The notes under the pieces are model-generated. The model saw nothing but the letters and a program-made list of their open reading frames with translations. It was not told the origin of the DNA and searched no databases. The position numbers were made by a program, and so were the translations under genes. Shown piece after piece: positions 50,408 to 63,059 of a stretch of DNA of 64,000 nucleotides (within the stretch, counting starts at the first letter, position 1; the number at the start of each line of letters is the position of its first letter). Source of the stretch: Mobula hypostoma (lineage: Eukaryota); NCBI RefSeq assembly GCF_963921235.1, contig NC_086108.1:10168001-10232000 (forward strand), read 5' to 3'.

Positions 50408-52959
50408 AGAGAAATGTAGGGAACAGAACAAGGGATTGTACGTGACGTTTGTCGACCTTACCAAAGTGTTCGACACCGTGAGCTGGGAAGGTCTGTGGCA
50501 AATCATGGAACGACTGGGATGCCCCCAAAGTTCCTCAGCATGGTCATCCAGCTACACGAAGATCAGCGTGGCCAAGTCAGACACAATAATGATCTCTCAG
50601 CACCCTTTCCAATAGGCAACAGCGTCCAGGCTGCATCCTCGCGCTGACTCTCTTCACCATCTTCTTCAGCATGAAGCTCGGAACGTCCACAGAAGACCTT
50701 GATGAAGAGGACGGTGTCTACATCCGATACTGCACCGATAGCAGCCTGTTCAACCTGAGGCGACTACAGTCGCACACCAAGACACTGGAGCAACTCATCG
50801 GAGAGCTACTCTTCGCCGATGATGCTGCCCTTGTTGCCCACACAGAGACAGCCCTGCAGCGTACAACATCCTGCCTCTCAGAGGCTGCCGAGCTCTTCGA
50901 ACTGGAAGTCAGCTTGAAGAAGACAGAAGTTCTCCATCAGCCCGCACCTCAGGAAGATTACCACCCTCCCTGCATCACCATTCGTGAGGTAGAGCTGAAG
51001 ACAGTCCACCAGTTCAGCTACCTGCGGTGCACCATCTCGTCAGATGCCAAGATCGACAGAGATTGACAACAGACTGCCAAAGGCAAACAGCACATTCGGC
51101 AGGCTGTACAAAAGAGTCTGGAACAACAAGCATTTGAAGAAAGGCACAAAGATCAGCGTGTACAGAGCCGTTGTACTGACCACCCTCCTGTACGGCTCCG
51201 AGTCGTGGGTCACCTACCGTCACCTCCCACGACTGCTTGAGTGTTTCCACCAGCGCTGCCTCCACACCATCCTCAGCATCCACTGGAGTGACTTCATCAC
51301 CAACATCGAAGTCCTCGAACAGGCAGAGGTCACCAGCATTGAGGCCATGCTGTTGAAGACCCAGCTGTGCTGTGCTGGGCACATCTCCAGGATGGAGGAT
51401 CATCGCCTGGCCAAGATTGTGCTGTATGGTGAACTCTCTACTGGCCACCCTGACAGAGGGGCACCGAAGTAGAGGTACAAGGACTCTCTGAAAAAATCCC
51501 TTGGTGCTTGTCACATTGATCATCGCCAGTGGGCTAATCTAGCCTCCAATCGCGAGGCCTGGCGACACACCATTCACCAGTCTGTCTCCTCTTTCGAGAA
51601 CACACGCAGGGCTGGCATTGAGGACAAAAGGAGAAGGAGGAAGAACCGTGACACAGCAGCACCACACCCAGAACAGAATTTCCCTTGCAGCCACTGTGGT
51701 CGGGCCTGCCTGACCCGTATTGGCCTCGTCAGCCACCAGCGAGCCTGCAGCAGACGTGGGCAGCCTCCTTCCTAAATCTTCATTCGCGAAGTCAAGCCAA
51801 GCCATGACAGACCGATAATTTTTCATAAATTCTATTGCATTTCTTTGTTCTTCTGTAAATGCCTGCAAGAAAATGAATGTCAGGATAGTATATAGTGACA
51901 CTTATGTACTGTGATAGTAAATGTATTTTGACTACTACATTATCAGTGCAGGTATGGTCTCAACATCCCTTTTGCCCTCCTAATACACAACTGGATTGAA
52001 AAGGCAGCGTGTCGGGACCAGAAGTGAGGGGTGGACCAGGTCTGCTCTCGGCTCCACAACACTTACTCTGCTCTGCGCTGCGCTGAACTGAGGCTGAGGC
52101 TGTGGGGCCGGCTTCAGTCCTCTCTCCTTTCCCCTCTCAGTCCTGATACAGGGTTTCAACCCAAAGTGCTGATATTTTTTCTCCCCTCTCACAGAAGCTG
52201 TTCGATTTGCTGAGTTCCTCCAGCAGATTGTGAGTTGCTCTAGATTCCAGCATTTGCGCTCTCTGATGCCCCCTAAGTACTGTCTCAGCGCACTCGCGCA
52301 TGGTGAGTATGAGCTGAGGGTTTGGGTGAGTGCTCCCACTGCCTGCTGCTTGCCAGTTTCCACTGTAGACTGACCTTCGGCTCACAGGCAGCCCTGCGCT
52401 GAGATGCGCTCGCTGCGGAAGAGTTCTCTCTTTCCCCGTAGTTTCCCACCTGGAATCAGATTTCCTTCCACCGCCCCACTTGTAAATCTCTGGAAGGTGT
52501 TTTGGCACTGGATGGACCCTCGACCCCAGCCCAGCAGCCAGGGCCTCCTACCAGTGACGTCTTGGTGGCTGTTGGGACACTAGCTGGAGGGTGGTGGGAC
52601 TCTGACAGCTGGTCTGGGCGCAGGGTCCGACCTTTAGAACATAGAATAGTCCAGCACGACACAGGCCCTCAGACCTACGAATTAACTCCAAGATCAATCT
52701 AACCCTTGCCTCTCACGTAACCCTCCATTTTCCTATCATCCATGCACTTATCTAAGAGTCTCTGAGACCTCAGAATCAGTATCAGGTTTAATATCACCGG
52801 CATACATCATGAAATGCGCTAGCTTTTGTGGCAGCAGCACAATGCAATACACGAGAAATGTAGAAGAAAAGAATTGCGGTAAGCATATATATCAGCAGTG
52901 CAAAAACAGAAATAAAAGAAAGATAGTGAGGTGGTGTTCATGGGTTCACTGATCAACCG

Positions 52960-53375
52960 GAGGGGAAGAAGCTGTTCCTGAATCACTGAGTGTGTGCCTT
53001 CAGGCTCCTGTACCTCCTTTCGGACAGTAACAATGAGAAGAAGACATGTCCTGTGTGATGGGAGTTCTTAGTCCTTTATGAGCCATCACTCCTTGAAGAT
53101 GTCCTGGATACTATGGTGGCTAGTGGCCATGACGGATCTGACTGAGTTTACACCTCTCTGCAGCTTGTTTTGATCCTGTGCTGCAGCCCCCCCGACCCCA
53201 TACCAGACGGTGATGCAGCCAGTTAGAATTCTCCCCACAGTACATCTGCAGAAATTTGTGAGTGTCTTTGGTGACATACCAAATCTCCTTAAACTCCTCA
53301 TGAAATATAGCCTCTGCCATGCCTTCTTTGTAACTACATCGATATGTTGGGCCCAGGATAGAGATGTTGACAGCC
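52960..53375 (-). mobile_element. Rex1/Babar fragment
   Basis: RSLRRFGMSPKTLTNFCRCTVGRILTGCITVWYG. Confidence 0.75.
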
Positions 53376-54019
53376 CTATAGGGTCCTAACCACCCTGTCA
53401 ACTTGTACGGTAGCCTCCGGGGATCTGTGAACTTGGGTCTCTCTGTTCCTCCTTGAAAGGGGAAGCGTGCAGAGAGCTGTGCTTTTCCAGCCACAGGCAA
53501 GTCTGCCTGTAACGTTTGGACAGATTGCCCCATCTGCTTACAGCACGCTTTGCTTGGTTTTCAATGCAGCCGCAGATTGCAATCGATAGATTTGAACTAA
53601 CGCATAACTGAATTAATGTGCCTCATTTGATAACCTTAACCACAGCTTATGAAGACCATGTTTCTTGCAAATATTTATAAAACCTTGCCTTGGGATTAAT
53701 AACAGAGGCATTCTGTGCTGTCACTGCAGTTTGCATTTTGTAGGAATTTGCTTCCCCAAATCTCACAATTGATTCATAGCCTCATTAGTCCTTCATCCAT
53801 CCAGGACAGCAAACTGAGTGATCCAATCAGATCTCTCTAAACTGAACCATTTACTTCCATTAATTTATCTTGGCATTCACCTCAAGGTTTAATGCAAATC
53901 AGCCTGTCACTATCTTTCAGCACTGACCTCTCTTTCTTATTTCCTGTCTTCATTCCTGAGGCAATTAGCCTACTGTCTGAATAGGTCTATCCTAGATGTG
54001 ATCTCCACTCTGCCTTGGA

Positions 54020-55930
54020 CCTCCTGCAATAGCTAGTCAGGCTGCTGTTTACTGATTACAGCTCAGCGTTCAACACCATCGCCCTCCGATAGGACCACAA
54101 CCTCGTCATTGGGTTTGGAGGCTTGCATGCCTCAGTGACCAGAGAGCTATGTCGGCTGGAGTCAGGGCTTTATGCTTTGGCTCTTGGTAGGGTCACCCAT
54201 GACAAACAGGTCAAAGGATAGAGGCCAGACTGAGAGTGGTCCACCGGTCCTCCAGGTTCGGAGGTTCAGCTCAGGGCTAACAAACCTGACTAGTAAAACA
54301 AAACTGTTACAGAAACAGCAATGAAGAATCCTTCTGCATCTGAGTGGCCAAGGACAGAGAACGAGGACGCTCATTGCTGTCCTAAACACTCGCAACAGAA
54401 AGGACAGTAAGTAAGAAAAGAAGTTCAACTCCATCGTCCCCTTAGTTCTAATCGACAAGTTTCAAAACCTAGGCCTCTGTACCTCCCTCTGCAACTGGAT
54501 CCTTGACTTCCTCAATGGGAGACCACAGTCAGTGCAGACTGGAGATAGCACCTCCTCCTCGCTGACAATCAATGCAGGTACACCTTAAGGATGTGTGCTT
54601 AACCCACCACTCTACACTCTCTACACCCATGAATATGTGGCTAGGCATAGCTCAAATCATCACCATCATTACGTGCTGTGTTGTATGACGTAGGTAATCG
54701 TGGTGACCATGATTGTCCTTGACAAATTTTTCTACAGAAGTGGTTTGTCATTACCTTCATCTGAGCAGTGTCCTTACAAGATGGGTGACCCCAGCCATTA
54801 TCAATACTCTTCAGAGATTGTCTGCCTGGTGTCAGTGGTCATATAACCAGGATTTGTGATCTGCACCGGCTGCTCATACGACCATCCACCACAATGTGAA
54901 CCTGATCTTGGGGGCAGAGGCTAAACAGATGCTACACCTTGCCCAAGGGTGACCTGTAGGCTAGCAGAGGGAAGGAGCGCTTTACACCTCCTTTGGTAGA
55001 GGCGTATCTCCACCTTGCAACCCAACAGCTCAAATTTGCCGATCTCACAACTGTTGCTGATGGAATCTCAGATGGTGACGAGCAGGCATACAGGAGCAAG
55101 ATAGATCAGCTCGTTGAGTGGTGTTGCAACGACGACCTTACACTCAACATCAGTAAGACCAAAGAAGTACTTGTGGAATTCAGGAAGGGGAAGTCGAGGG
55201 AACACACACCGGTCCTCATAGTAGGACCAGCAGTGGAAAGGATGAGTGACCTCAAGTTCCTTGGTGTCAACATCTCTGAGAATCTATCCTGGGTCCAACA
55301 TATCAATGCAGTCACAAAGAAGGGACAACAATGATTATATTTCGTTAGGAGATTGAGGAGATTTGGTATATCACCGAAGGCACTCACAAATTTCTACACA
55401 AACAAGAGAAAATCTGCAGATGGTGGAAATCCGAGCCATACACACAAAATGCTGGAGGAACTCAGCAGGCCAGGCAGCATCTATGGAAAAAAATACAGTC
55501 GACATTTCGGGCTGAAACCACTCCCTACCTTTTTTTTCTCCAATGTTGCCGAAGAATTTCCATAGATGCTGCCTGGCCTGCTGAGTTCCTGCAGCATTTT
55601 CTGTGTGTTGCACAAATTTCTACAGATGTACTGGGGAGTATTCTAACTGGTTGTATCACCGTCTGGTACGGGAGGGGGACTACACAAGATCAAAGTAAGC
55701 TGCAGAGACTCAGCTCTGTCATGGGCACGAGCCTCAAGAGGCATCCAGGACATCTTCAAGGAGCGATGCCTCAAAAAGGCAGCACCCATCATTAAGGACC
55801 CCCACCACCCAGGTCATGCCTTGTTCTCATTGCTACCATCAGGGAGGAGTTACAGGAGCCTGAAGACACACACTCAGTGATTCAGGAACAGCTTCTTCTC
55901 CTCTGCCATCCGATTTCTGAATGCACATTG
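54020..55930 (+). mobile_element. Rex1/Babar RT region with three nested insertions
   Basis: [29 protein letters not shown] and KFLGVNISENLSW motifs. Confidence 0.8.
55399..55610. mobile_element. Miniature fold-back PLE insertion
   Basis: Inverted pseudo-LTR arms; perfect 14-bp TSD CACAAATTTCTACA (55385-55398, 55611-55624). Confidence 0.85.
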
Positions 55931-56119
55931 AACCCATGAACACTACCTCACTGCTTATTTTAACGCAACTTATTTAATTTAACTAATATATATGTACATA
56001 CTTTGTGTATACTTGCTGTAATTCAGTTTTTATTATTAAGTGTAGCAATGTACTTCTACCTATAACAACAAATTTCATGACATATGCTAGTGATATTAAA
56101 CTTCCGGTCAAGATGGCGC

Positions 56120-56346
56120 TGAAGCACCTTCAATAACTCCAAAAGACTGAGGTTTGGTAAAATACTGAAAGGCTTTTATTCGCTGTACAATACGACTTCC
56201 ACGGTGAGTGTCTGCCCCCGGACTGAGGGGGAGGGGCAAGGCGAACACCTTTATACAGGACTCTGTGGGAGGAGCCACAGGGGCAGTCAGCAGAGGGGTG
56301 TGTCCAGACAGGTAACCGAGTTACAACATATATATGGTTTACCACA
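56120..56346 (-). repeat. Gypsy 3' LTR
   Basis: TG...CA; about 7 substitutions plus a 2-bp indel versus the 5' LTR. Confidence 0.95.
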
Positions 56347-56412
56347 TTCACCCCTCCTTTTTTTAAAAGAGTCCCGCGGGCTGAAGTGACTGACAATATT
56401 TACAAGAAGTAT

Positions 56413-59300
56413 ATTTACAGGTTAAGTCTATCAGGCGGTCGAGTCCGTCGCTGTGATCTACGTAGCACCGGCGATGGCGGTTGTGCTGGCTCCGGCCTGA
56501 CTTCAGGTTTCAGCACGTTAGGCATTGTTAATCCCTCGTGCGTGTGCGTCGCGCCGGGTATGGGAGTGTCGTGTGGTGTCTGTATAGGGTTTGGGGTGCA
56601 CAGTGTGTCGTAGGTACATACATTGGTGGGTACGGGGTCAATAGTCACCACGGAGTGTTCAGGGTAGGGGCCCGGAGCTCCTGCGGGTGCCAGGTCGCAG
56701 ATGGAGACCGTGTCCTCTCACCCATCAGGTAAAACCACGTAGGCATACTGGGGGTTCGCATGAAGTAAGTGAACCCTCTCGACTATCCGGGAGTATTTAT
56801 GGCTCCTCGCATGTTTCCAGAGCAGCACTGACCCCGGGGACGTCAGCCAAGATGGTAGGGTGGTTCCAGTGGTCCATTTTCTGGGAAAAGAAAAGAGCCG
56901 CTCATGAGGGGTGGCATTGGTGGCTGTGCATAACAGGGAGCGGATGGAGTGGAGTGCCTCGGGAAGGACCTCCTGCCAGCGGGAGACCGGCAGTCCCTTT
57001 GACCTGAGGGCTAAGAGTGTGGCTTTCCACACCATGGCATTCTCCTTCTCCACCTGTCCATTCCCCCGGGGATTATAGCTCGTGGTCCTACTGATTGCAA
57101 TTCCCCTAGCCAGTAGATATTGGCGCAGCTCGTCACTCGTAAACGAGGACCCTCTGTCACTGTGGATATAGCATGGGTATCCGAACAGAGTGAAGAGCTT
57201 GTGCAGGGCTTTTATAACTGACGTGGTAGTGGTATCGGAGTAGAGGATGGCGAAGGGGAACCACGAGTACTCGTCAATTACGTTAAGAAAGTACACATTG
57301 CGGTCGGTGGAGGGAAGGGGGCCCTTAAAATCAACACTCAGTCGCTCAAAGGGGCGGGTGGCCTTGATGAGTGGTGCCTTTTCGGGTCGGTAGAAGTGTG
57401 GTTTGCACTCTGCGCAGACTTGGCAGTCCCTGGTCATCGTCTTGATCTCCTCAAGGGAGTAAGGCAGGTTCTGGGCTTTCACGAAGTGGAAAAGCCGGGT
57501 GACTCCCGGGTGGCAAAGGTCTACATGTAGGGCATATAGCCGGTCGATCTGCGCACTGGCGCATGTTCCCCGGGATAGGGCATTGGAGGGCTCGTTGAGC
57601 TTCCCAGGCCTGTACATGATGTCATAGTTGTAGGTGGAGAGTTCGATTCTCCACCTCAGAATTTTATCACTTTTGATTTTGCTCTGCTGCTGATTATTAA
57701 ACATGAATGCGACTGAGTGCTGGTCAGTTAGCAGGGTGAACCTTTTGCCGGCAAGATAGTGCCTCCAGTGCCTTATAGCTTCCACTATGGCCTGGGCCTC
57801 TTTCTCTACCACAGAGTGCCGAATTTCAGGGCCTTGAAGGGTACGGGAGAAGAACGCCACCGGTCTTCCTGCCTGGTTGAGGGTAGCAGCCAGCGCAAAG
57901 TCGGAGGCGTCACTCTCTACTTGGAAGGGAATGGCCTCATCTACCGCATGCATTGCTGCTTTGGCAATGTCCCCTTTTATGCGGCTGAAGGCCGCGCGGG
58001 CCTCGGCAGGGAGGGGGTGGGCCTTGTCTGCATACTTAGAGACCCATTGGGCGTAATATGAAAAGAAGCCCAGGCACCTTTTGAGGGCTCTGAGGGTATT
58101 GGGAGGAGGGAGTTCCAACAAGGGGCGCATACAGTCGGGGTCAGGGCCAATGACTCCATTCTCCACGACACACCCAAGGATAGCAAGTCGGGTGGTTCTG
58201 AACACACACTTGTCCTTGTTATAGGTGAGATTGAAAGCTTTGGCCGCTTGGAGAAATTTTTGGAGGTTGTTGTCGTGATCCTGCTGGTCGTGACCGCAGA
58301 TGGTGATGTTATCCAGATATGGGAACGTTGCTTCAGTTGGCACTGGTCCACCATCCGGTCCATTGCCCTCTGGAAGACAGATACACCATTCATGACACCA
58401 AAGGGGACGCGCAGGAACTGATAAAGCCTGCCATCCGCCTCGAAGGTGGTGTACGGGTGGTCCTCCCGGCGGATGGGGAGCTGATGGTAAGCGGATTTTA
58501 GGTCTATGGTCGAGTACACCTTGCACTGTGCTATCTGATTGACCATATCCGCGATGCGGGGTAGAGGGTATGCGTCGAGCTGCGTGAACCTATTGGTCTG
58601 GCTATAGTCCACGACCATCCTATTCTTCTCCCCGTTCCGAACAACCACCACCTGCGCCCTCCAAGGACTTGTGCTTGCCTCAATGACCCCCTCCCTGAGC
58701 AGCCGCTGCACCTCTGACTTAATGAAAGCTCTGTCCCCCGCGCTGTACCTCCTGCTTTTAGTTGTCACGGGTTTACAGTCGGGGGTCAGGTTGGCGAACA
58801 GCGGTGGGGGAGGGATCCTGAGGGTGGAGAGGCCGCAAGTGGTGTCGGTAGTGTGGCAGTTGGCATGGTGTTGGGTGGGATGCGCGGGTCGGTGTGTGTG
58901 TGTGTGGTCAGTAGCGGGGTACGTGACATATCTCTACAAAACTGGTGATTTATGACAGTAATTGGCGGGAGGGGCCCATCATACTCCATTGTCACGCTTT
59001 TCAGGTGGCTCTGGAAGTCCAACCCCAACAGCACAGGGGCACACAGTTGAGGCAAGACCAGTAACGTAAAGTCCCGATACTCTGTGCCCTGCACCACTAG
59101 TGTCGCTACACAACCCCCCGGATGTCTGTTGTATGCGATCTGGAGGCCATGGTGACCCTCTGACTTACCGGCCGTATCATGAGTCCACAATGCTGCACCG
59201 TGGCCGGGTGGATAAAACTCTCCGTGCTGCCTGTGTCAAACAGGCAGCTTGTCCTGTGCCCCTCCACCAGGATGTCCATCATTGACCTTGCAAGCTGGTG
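56413..59300 (-). pseudogene. Gypsy pol (PR-RT-RNaseH-IN), frameshifted
   Basis: LFDTGS, IDLKSAYHQL, VPFGV, YLDN, ESDASD, TDQHS, H-HPG-C--C, SVDFKGP, HSDRGSSF, GNGQVE. Confidence 0.95.
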
Positions 59301-59404
59301 GGGAGCGCTTTGGTCGAGGGTCACGGAAGCCAGGGTGGGGTCGCTGTCTTGGTCCGGCGTGGTGGGGTGCCCCGTGAGCACCCGTTGGTCGTAGGCGGTG
59401 CCGA

Positions 59405-59642
59405 CCAAGATGGCCGCCCCATGTCTCGCATGTGGTGGTGGCGTGCAGGGAAGATGGCGGCAGGCAAGATGGCGACCCCCACGTCTCGCACGTGGTGGCA
59501 GTGTGCAGGGGAGATGGCGATCCCCATGTCTCGCACGTGGTGGCAGTGTGCAGGGAAGATGGCGGCAGGGAAGATGGCGATCCCCATGTCTCGCACGTGG
59601 TGGCAATGTGCAGGGAAGATGGCGACCCCCACGTCTCGCACA
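59405..59642. repeat. Coding minisatellite in the gag-protease linker
   Basis: About five 45-60 bp units reading (T)ATTCETWGSPSSL. Confidence 0.85.
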
Positions 59643-59649
59643 CAGCGCT

Positions 59650-60402
59650 GCTCAATCGCGCTCGCGGTTTTGACTTACAGACCTTGGCGAAGTGGCCCTT
59701 CTTTCTGCAGCTGGAGCAGGTAGCTTGTCGGGCCGGGCAGCGTTTCCGGGGGGGCTTCTCCAGTCTGCAGAAGTAGCACTTCGCGGACTCACGACTGGCG
59801 GCAGCCGAGGTCGATTCGCCGGCAGGTTGCGGGGTCTGCGGCACGCATGAGGCCGTCGGGGGATCGTGTGCCTGGAGAGCCTCGGAGTTATGCAGAGCGG
59901 CCTCCAACGTATCAGCCAGCTCCATCGCTGAACTTAGGGTAAGATTGGCTTTTTCCAGCAGCCGCTGGTGCACGTACACTGACCTGGTCCCCGTAACGAA
60001 GGCGTCTCTCACTAGGAGTTCTGCATGCTGCGCCGCCGTCAGCTCCTGGCAATTGCAGGCCCGCACGAGTGTCTATAGGGCCCGGACAAACTCAGCACTC
60101 GATTCCCCGGGGTGTTGTTGCCATGTTGCTAAATGGTGCCGAGCATAGAAGCTGTTTATCGGCCGCAGGTATTGTCTTTTGAGTGCGTTCTTTGCGCCGT
60201 CGTAGTTCGGCTGGTCTCTGATCAGCGAATAGACCCGTGAACTGACTCTGGAGAGTAGAACTCTGCACTTCGCTACGGGGTCGGTCGCTTTAATCTCCTC
60301 TGGGTACGCTTCGAAGCAGGCCAGCCAGAGTTCGAAAGCATTTCCAGCTTCAGGTGTCTGGAGATCCAGGTCTAATTTGTCTGATCTCAGTGCATGTTCC
60401 AT
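59650..60402 (-). pseudogene. Gypsy gag with zinc knuckles, disrupted
   Basis: MEHALRSDKLDLD...WLACFEAY; LVRDAFVTG; CYFC..CPARQATCSSCRKKGHFAKVC. Confidence 0.88.
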
Positions 60403-60428
60403 GCTTTAAGATGTACAGCGAATAAAAT

Positions 60429-60657
60429 TGAAGCACCTTCAATAAATTCAAAAGACTGAGGCTTGGTAAAATACTGAAAGGCTTTTATTCGCTGTACAAT
60501 ACGACCTCCACAGTGAGTGTCTGCCCCCGGACTGAGGGGGAGGGGCAAGGCGAATACCTTTATACAGGACTCTGTGGGAGGAGCCACAGGGGCAGTCAGC
60601 AGAGGGGTGTGTCCAGACAGGTAACCCAGTTACAACATATATACATGGTTTACCACA
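60429..60657 (-). repeat. Gypsy 5' LTR
   Basis: TG...CA; TATAAA and AATAAA on the minus strand. Confidence 0.95.
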
Positions 60658-62569
60658 GGCGCCAGAGTACAATGCTCCCTTGATTAACATCTTTCAGAGA
60701 GCCCACGAAACTGCCTTTTTTACTTCTTTTACATCTGTTTTTTCACCTTCAATGTGTTTCTGGGACTGTTAGAGCCTGCAATTTACAGTTCGGAGATCCA
60801 CTGAGCTTTGCTGTCGCTGAGAAGATTCCAGGAAGCGAGTGTGTACTCGGGCGGCCTTGAGACAAAGGAAGTTTGAGATGGGGCGTGAGCCGATGTTCGA
60901 TTCCACTTCGCCATTTAAAGTGTCCATTAATCACGGATTAAGGTGTCAAGGAAAATTGAGATGTCGAGGTGAATTTTGGAAGGCGAGCGTGAGTTCAGTG
61001 TCGACTGCCTTCCTTTTGATCGCTGCATTACTGCCATAGGGCAACAGATTCCACGCGATAAGTCAGTGATGATAAACATGACACTATTCTGATCCCTACA
61101 TTTGCAGATGGCCTGTTTTGTGTCAATCCGAGGAAGCCAGGCCCTTTCCGTTCCCATTTGGAAAAGTCAGTTCGGGCTGAAATGTGGCAGTGGGGTCCAG
61201 GCCCAGAGCTCATCGGCGTGACAGGCCCAGGCCCTCGAGTGAGGAATGACCAGTGTTTGGATAATTTAAACTCGGGGCAGACGGATTGCAAAGGCAGGGT
61301 GTCCGAACCAGAGGCAAGAGTTAGGCTGGTTCTGCTTGTGATGTTTATTCTGCTCTTTGCTGCACTGCAGCTGAGGCTGTGGGCCTGCCTCAGCTACTCC
61401 AGGCTTCGTGTTGCTGTTGGTTGCTGTCATTTTCATGATTTATGTTTTCTTTCTCTCTCTGCACACTGGGTGTTTCTTGATCTTTTTTTGATTGGGTTCT
61501 TTTGGATTTCTTGTTTTGTGGCTGATGAAGTTCAAGGGTAAATAGTGTATACATACATTGATGACCTTTGAACTTTGAATTATTAACTTTGAAATTATAC
61601 CACCTCCTGGTCTCAGGAGCCTACCTCATAAAGGGAGAGCTCCCTCAAGCTGGGAGTTTGGCTCTGATTTCTCAGGAGGAGACAGTTACCTCCTGGTGCT
61701 GGGAGATTTTCTCAGAAATGGAGAGCTCCCCCAGTCCGATTCCTCAGGAGGAGACCAATATGCGCACCCGCCCCCCGCCCCAGCGTTGTGTATTGAAGGT
61801 GGGGAATGAGGGAAGTGTTCTCAGGGACAAGACTCCAGCTGTTGAGAGAAAGGTTAGGTCCCGTCGAGGAGGGCGCTGGGTCCCACATCCTTGCAATCAC
61901 ACCTCCCAATCATAAGTGAGATGTTGACTGTTGTCAGCAGAGCCAGTGTTCCTATCTTGGCACGTTAGCTACAGTGACACATATTGATTCAACACTTTCC
62001 TTCTGCTGAGACCAGTAATAATTTTAGACCTGCCAAAACGCGACTGAAACGAAATGTTCAACTGAGAAACCAATTAACCCTTTGATTTCTGGCACTGGTA
62101 GGACCTGATTGGCAGGGTAAATGCTATTTATGCCTCTCTTCGTTTCTTTACACAATCTCTGTTTACCTGCCCTGGAGGTTGGGAGAGTGCTACCTTCTCG
62201 AGCCGCTGCAGTTCACATGGTCGAAGTCCTCCCACGGTGCTGTTCAGGAGAGTGCCGGGGACGATGTCGAGATAGTGTAGTGATTAGCGTAGCATTTCAC
62301 AGCGCCAATGACCTGGGTTTAATTCCTGCCACTGTCTGTAAGGATCTTTTATATTCTCCACAGGGCAGTGTGTATTTAATATTGCAGTAATATTTGAATA
62401 ATTTTCTATATATATTGCTTAATTAAGCATTCTTGTTCATTTAAATACTCACTGTTTGGGTTATATGTAAAAATACATGAATTGCATACATCATCAGAAT
62501 AACATGTGACACATGTGCGCCTCGCTTAAAGCAAACTCGAAGTCAGTCCTGCATTTTGGACTCCACGTA

Positions 62570-62715
62570 AGAGAGAGTGGGATACGGAGGGGAGAGAGAG
62601 ACGGGGAGTGGGATATGGAGGAAAGGGAGTGAGGGCCAGTGGGATATAGAGGAGAGGGAATGAAAGAGAGGTGGATATGGAGGAGAGAGAGTGTGGGAGA
62701 GTGGGATTGGAGGAA
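62570..62715. repeat. Purine-rich degenerate tandem repeat
   Basis: Recurrent GTGGGATA(T/C)GGAGGAGAG units. Confidence 0.6.
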
Positions 62716-63059
62716 AAGGTGTGAGCAAGATGTATTTGGAAGTGCCTCCTGTCTCTAGCTGCCTGAGAAGATTAACTGATCCACATTCCAGTGTAAAAGA
62801 ATTAATTTACCAGGCTAATGTCAACAGTAACGTCAGTAAAAATGCAAGACATAAGATCTGCAAATATGATTTGTCCCTCTGCAATGCTGAGAAGATGATT
62901 TGAAATTTATCTGACCTCTCGCGGGCAGCCCTCTATGGGAAAGAATGATTCTATTTGTAGAAGACAGCTGAGCGAGAGTTTACTGTTTTGCTCAACATAC
63001 TGTACCTATAGAGAGGTAGTTTGGCAGAATTATCTGTCCTGTCTGACTCTTTCCATGTG

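Larger units (their letters stand above)
47490..51775 (+). pseudogene. RTE APE-RT ORF, disrupted by frameshifts and two insertions
   Basis: CWNIRTM, DITALSEV, ILGDFDAR, TWMHPRSKHWH, FVDLTKVFDTV, LFADDAAL, C-terminal CSHCGRAC...HQRAC. Confidence 0.9.
46583..51814 (+). mobile_element. Full-length RTE-clade (BovB-like) LINE
   Basis: 12-bp TSD ATAATTTTTCAT (46571-46582, 51815-51826); ~0.9-kb 5' region; APE + RT; (AAGCC)n-like tail. Confidence 0.92.
56120..60657 (-). mobile_element. Full-length Ty3/Gypsy LTR retrotransposon
   Basis: Two LTRs, TSD GGCGC (56115-56119, 60658-60662), PPT AAAAAAAGGAGGGGTGAA before the 3' LTR, gag-PR-RT-RH-IN order. Confidence 0.97.

Noticed and set aside
56718..58526. 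602-aa ORF as an intact pol
   Set aside because: Its N-terminus is out of frame with the upstream RT; several frameshifts and an apparent internal deletion are present.
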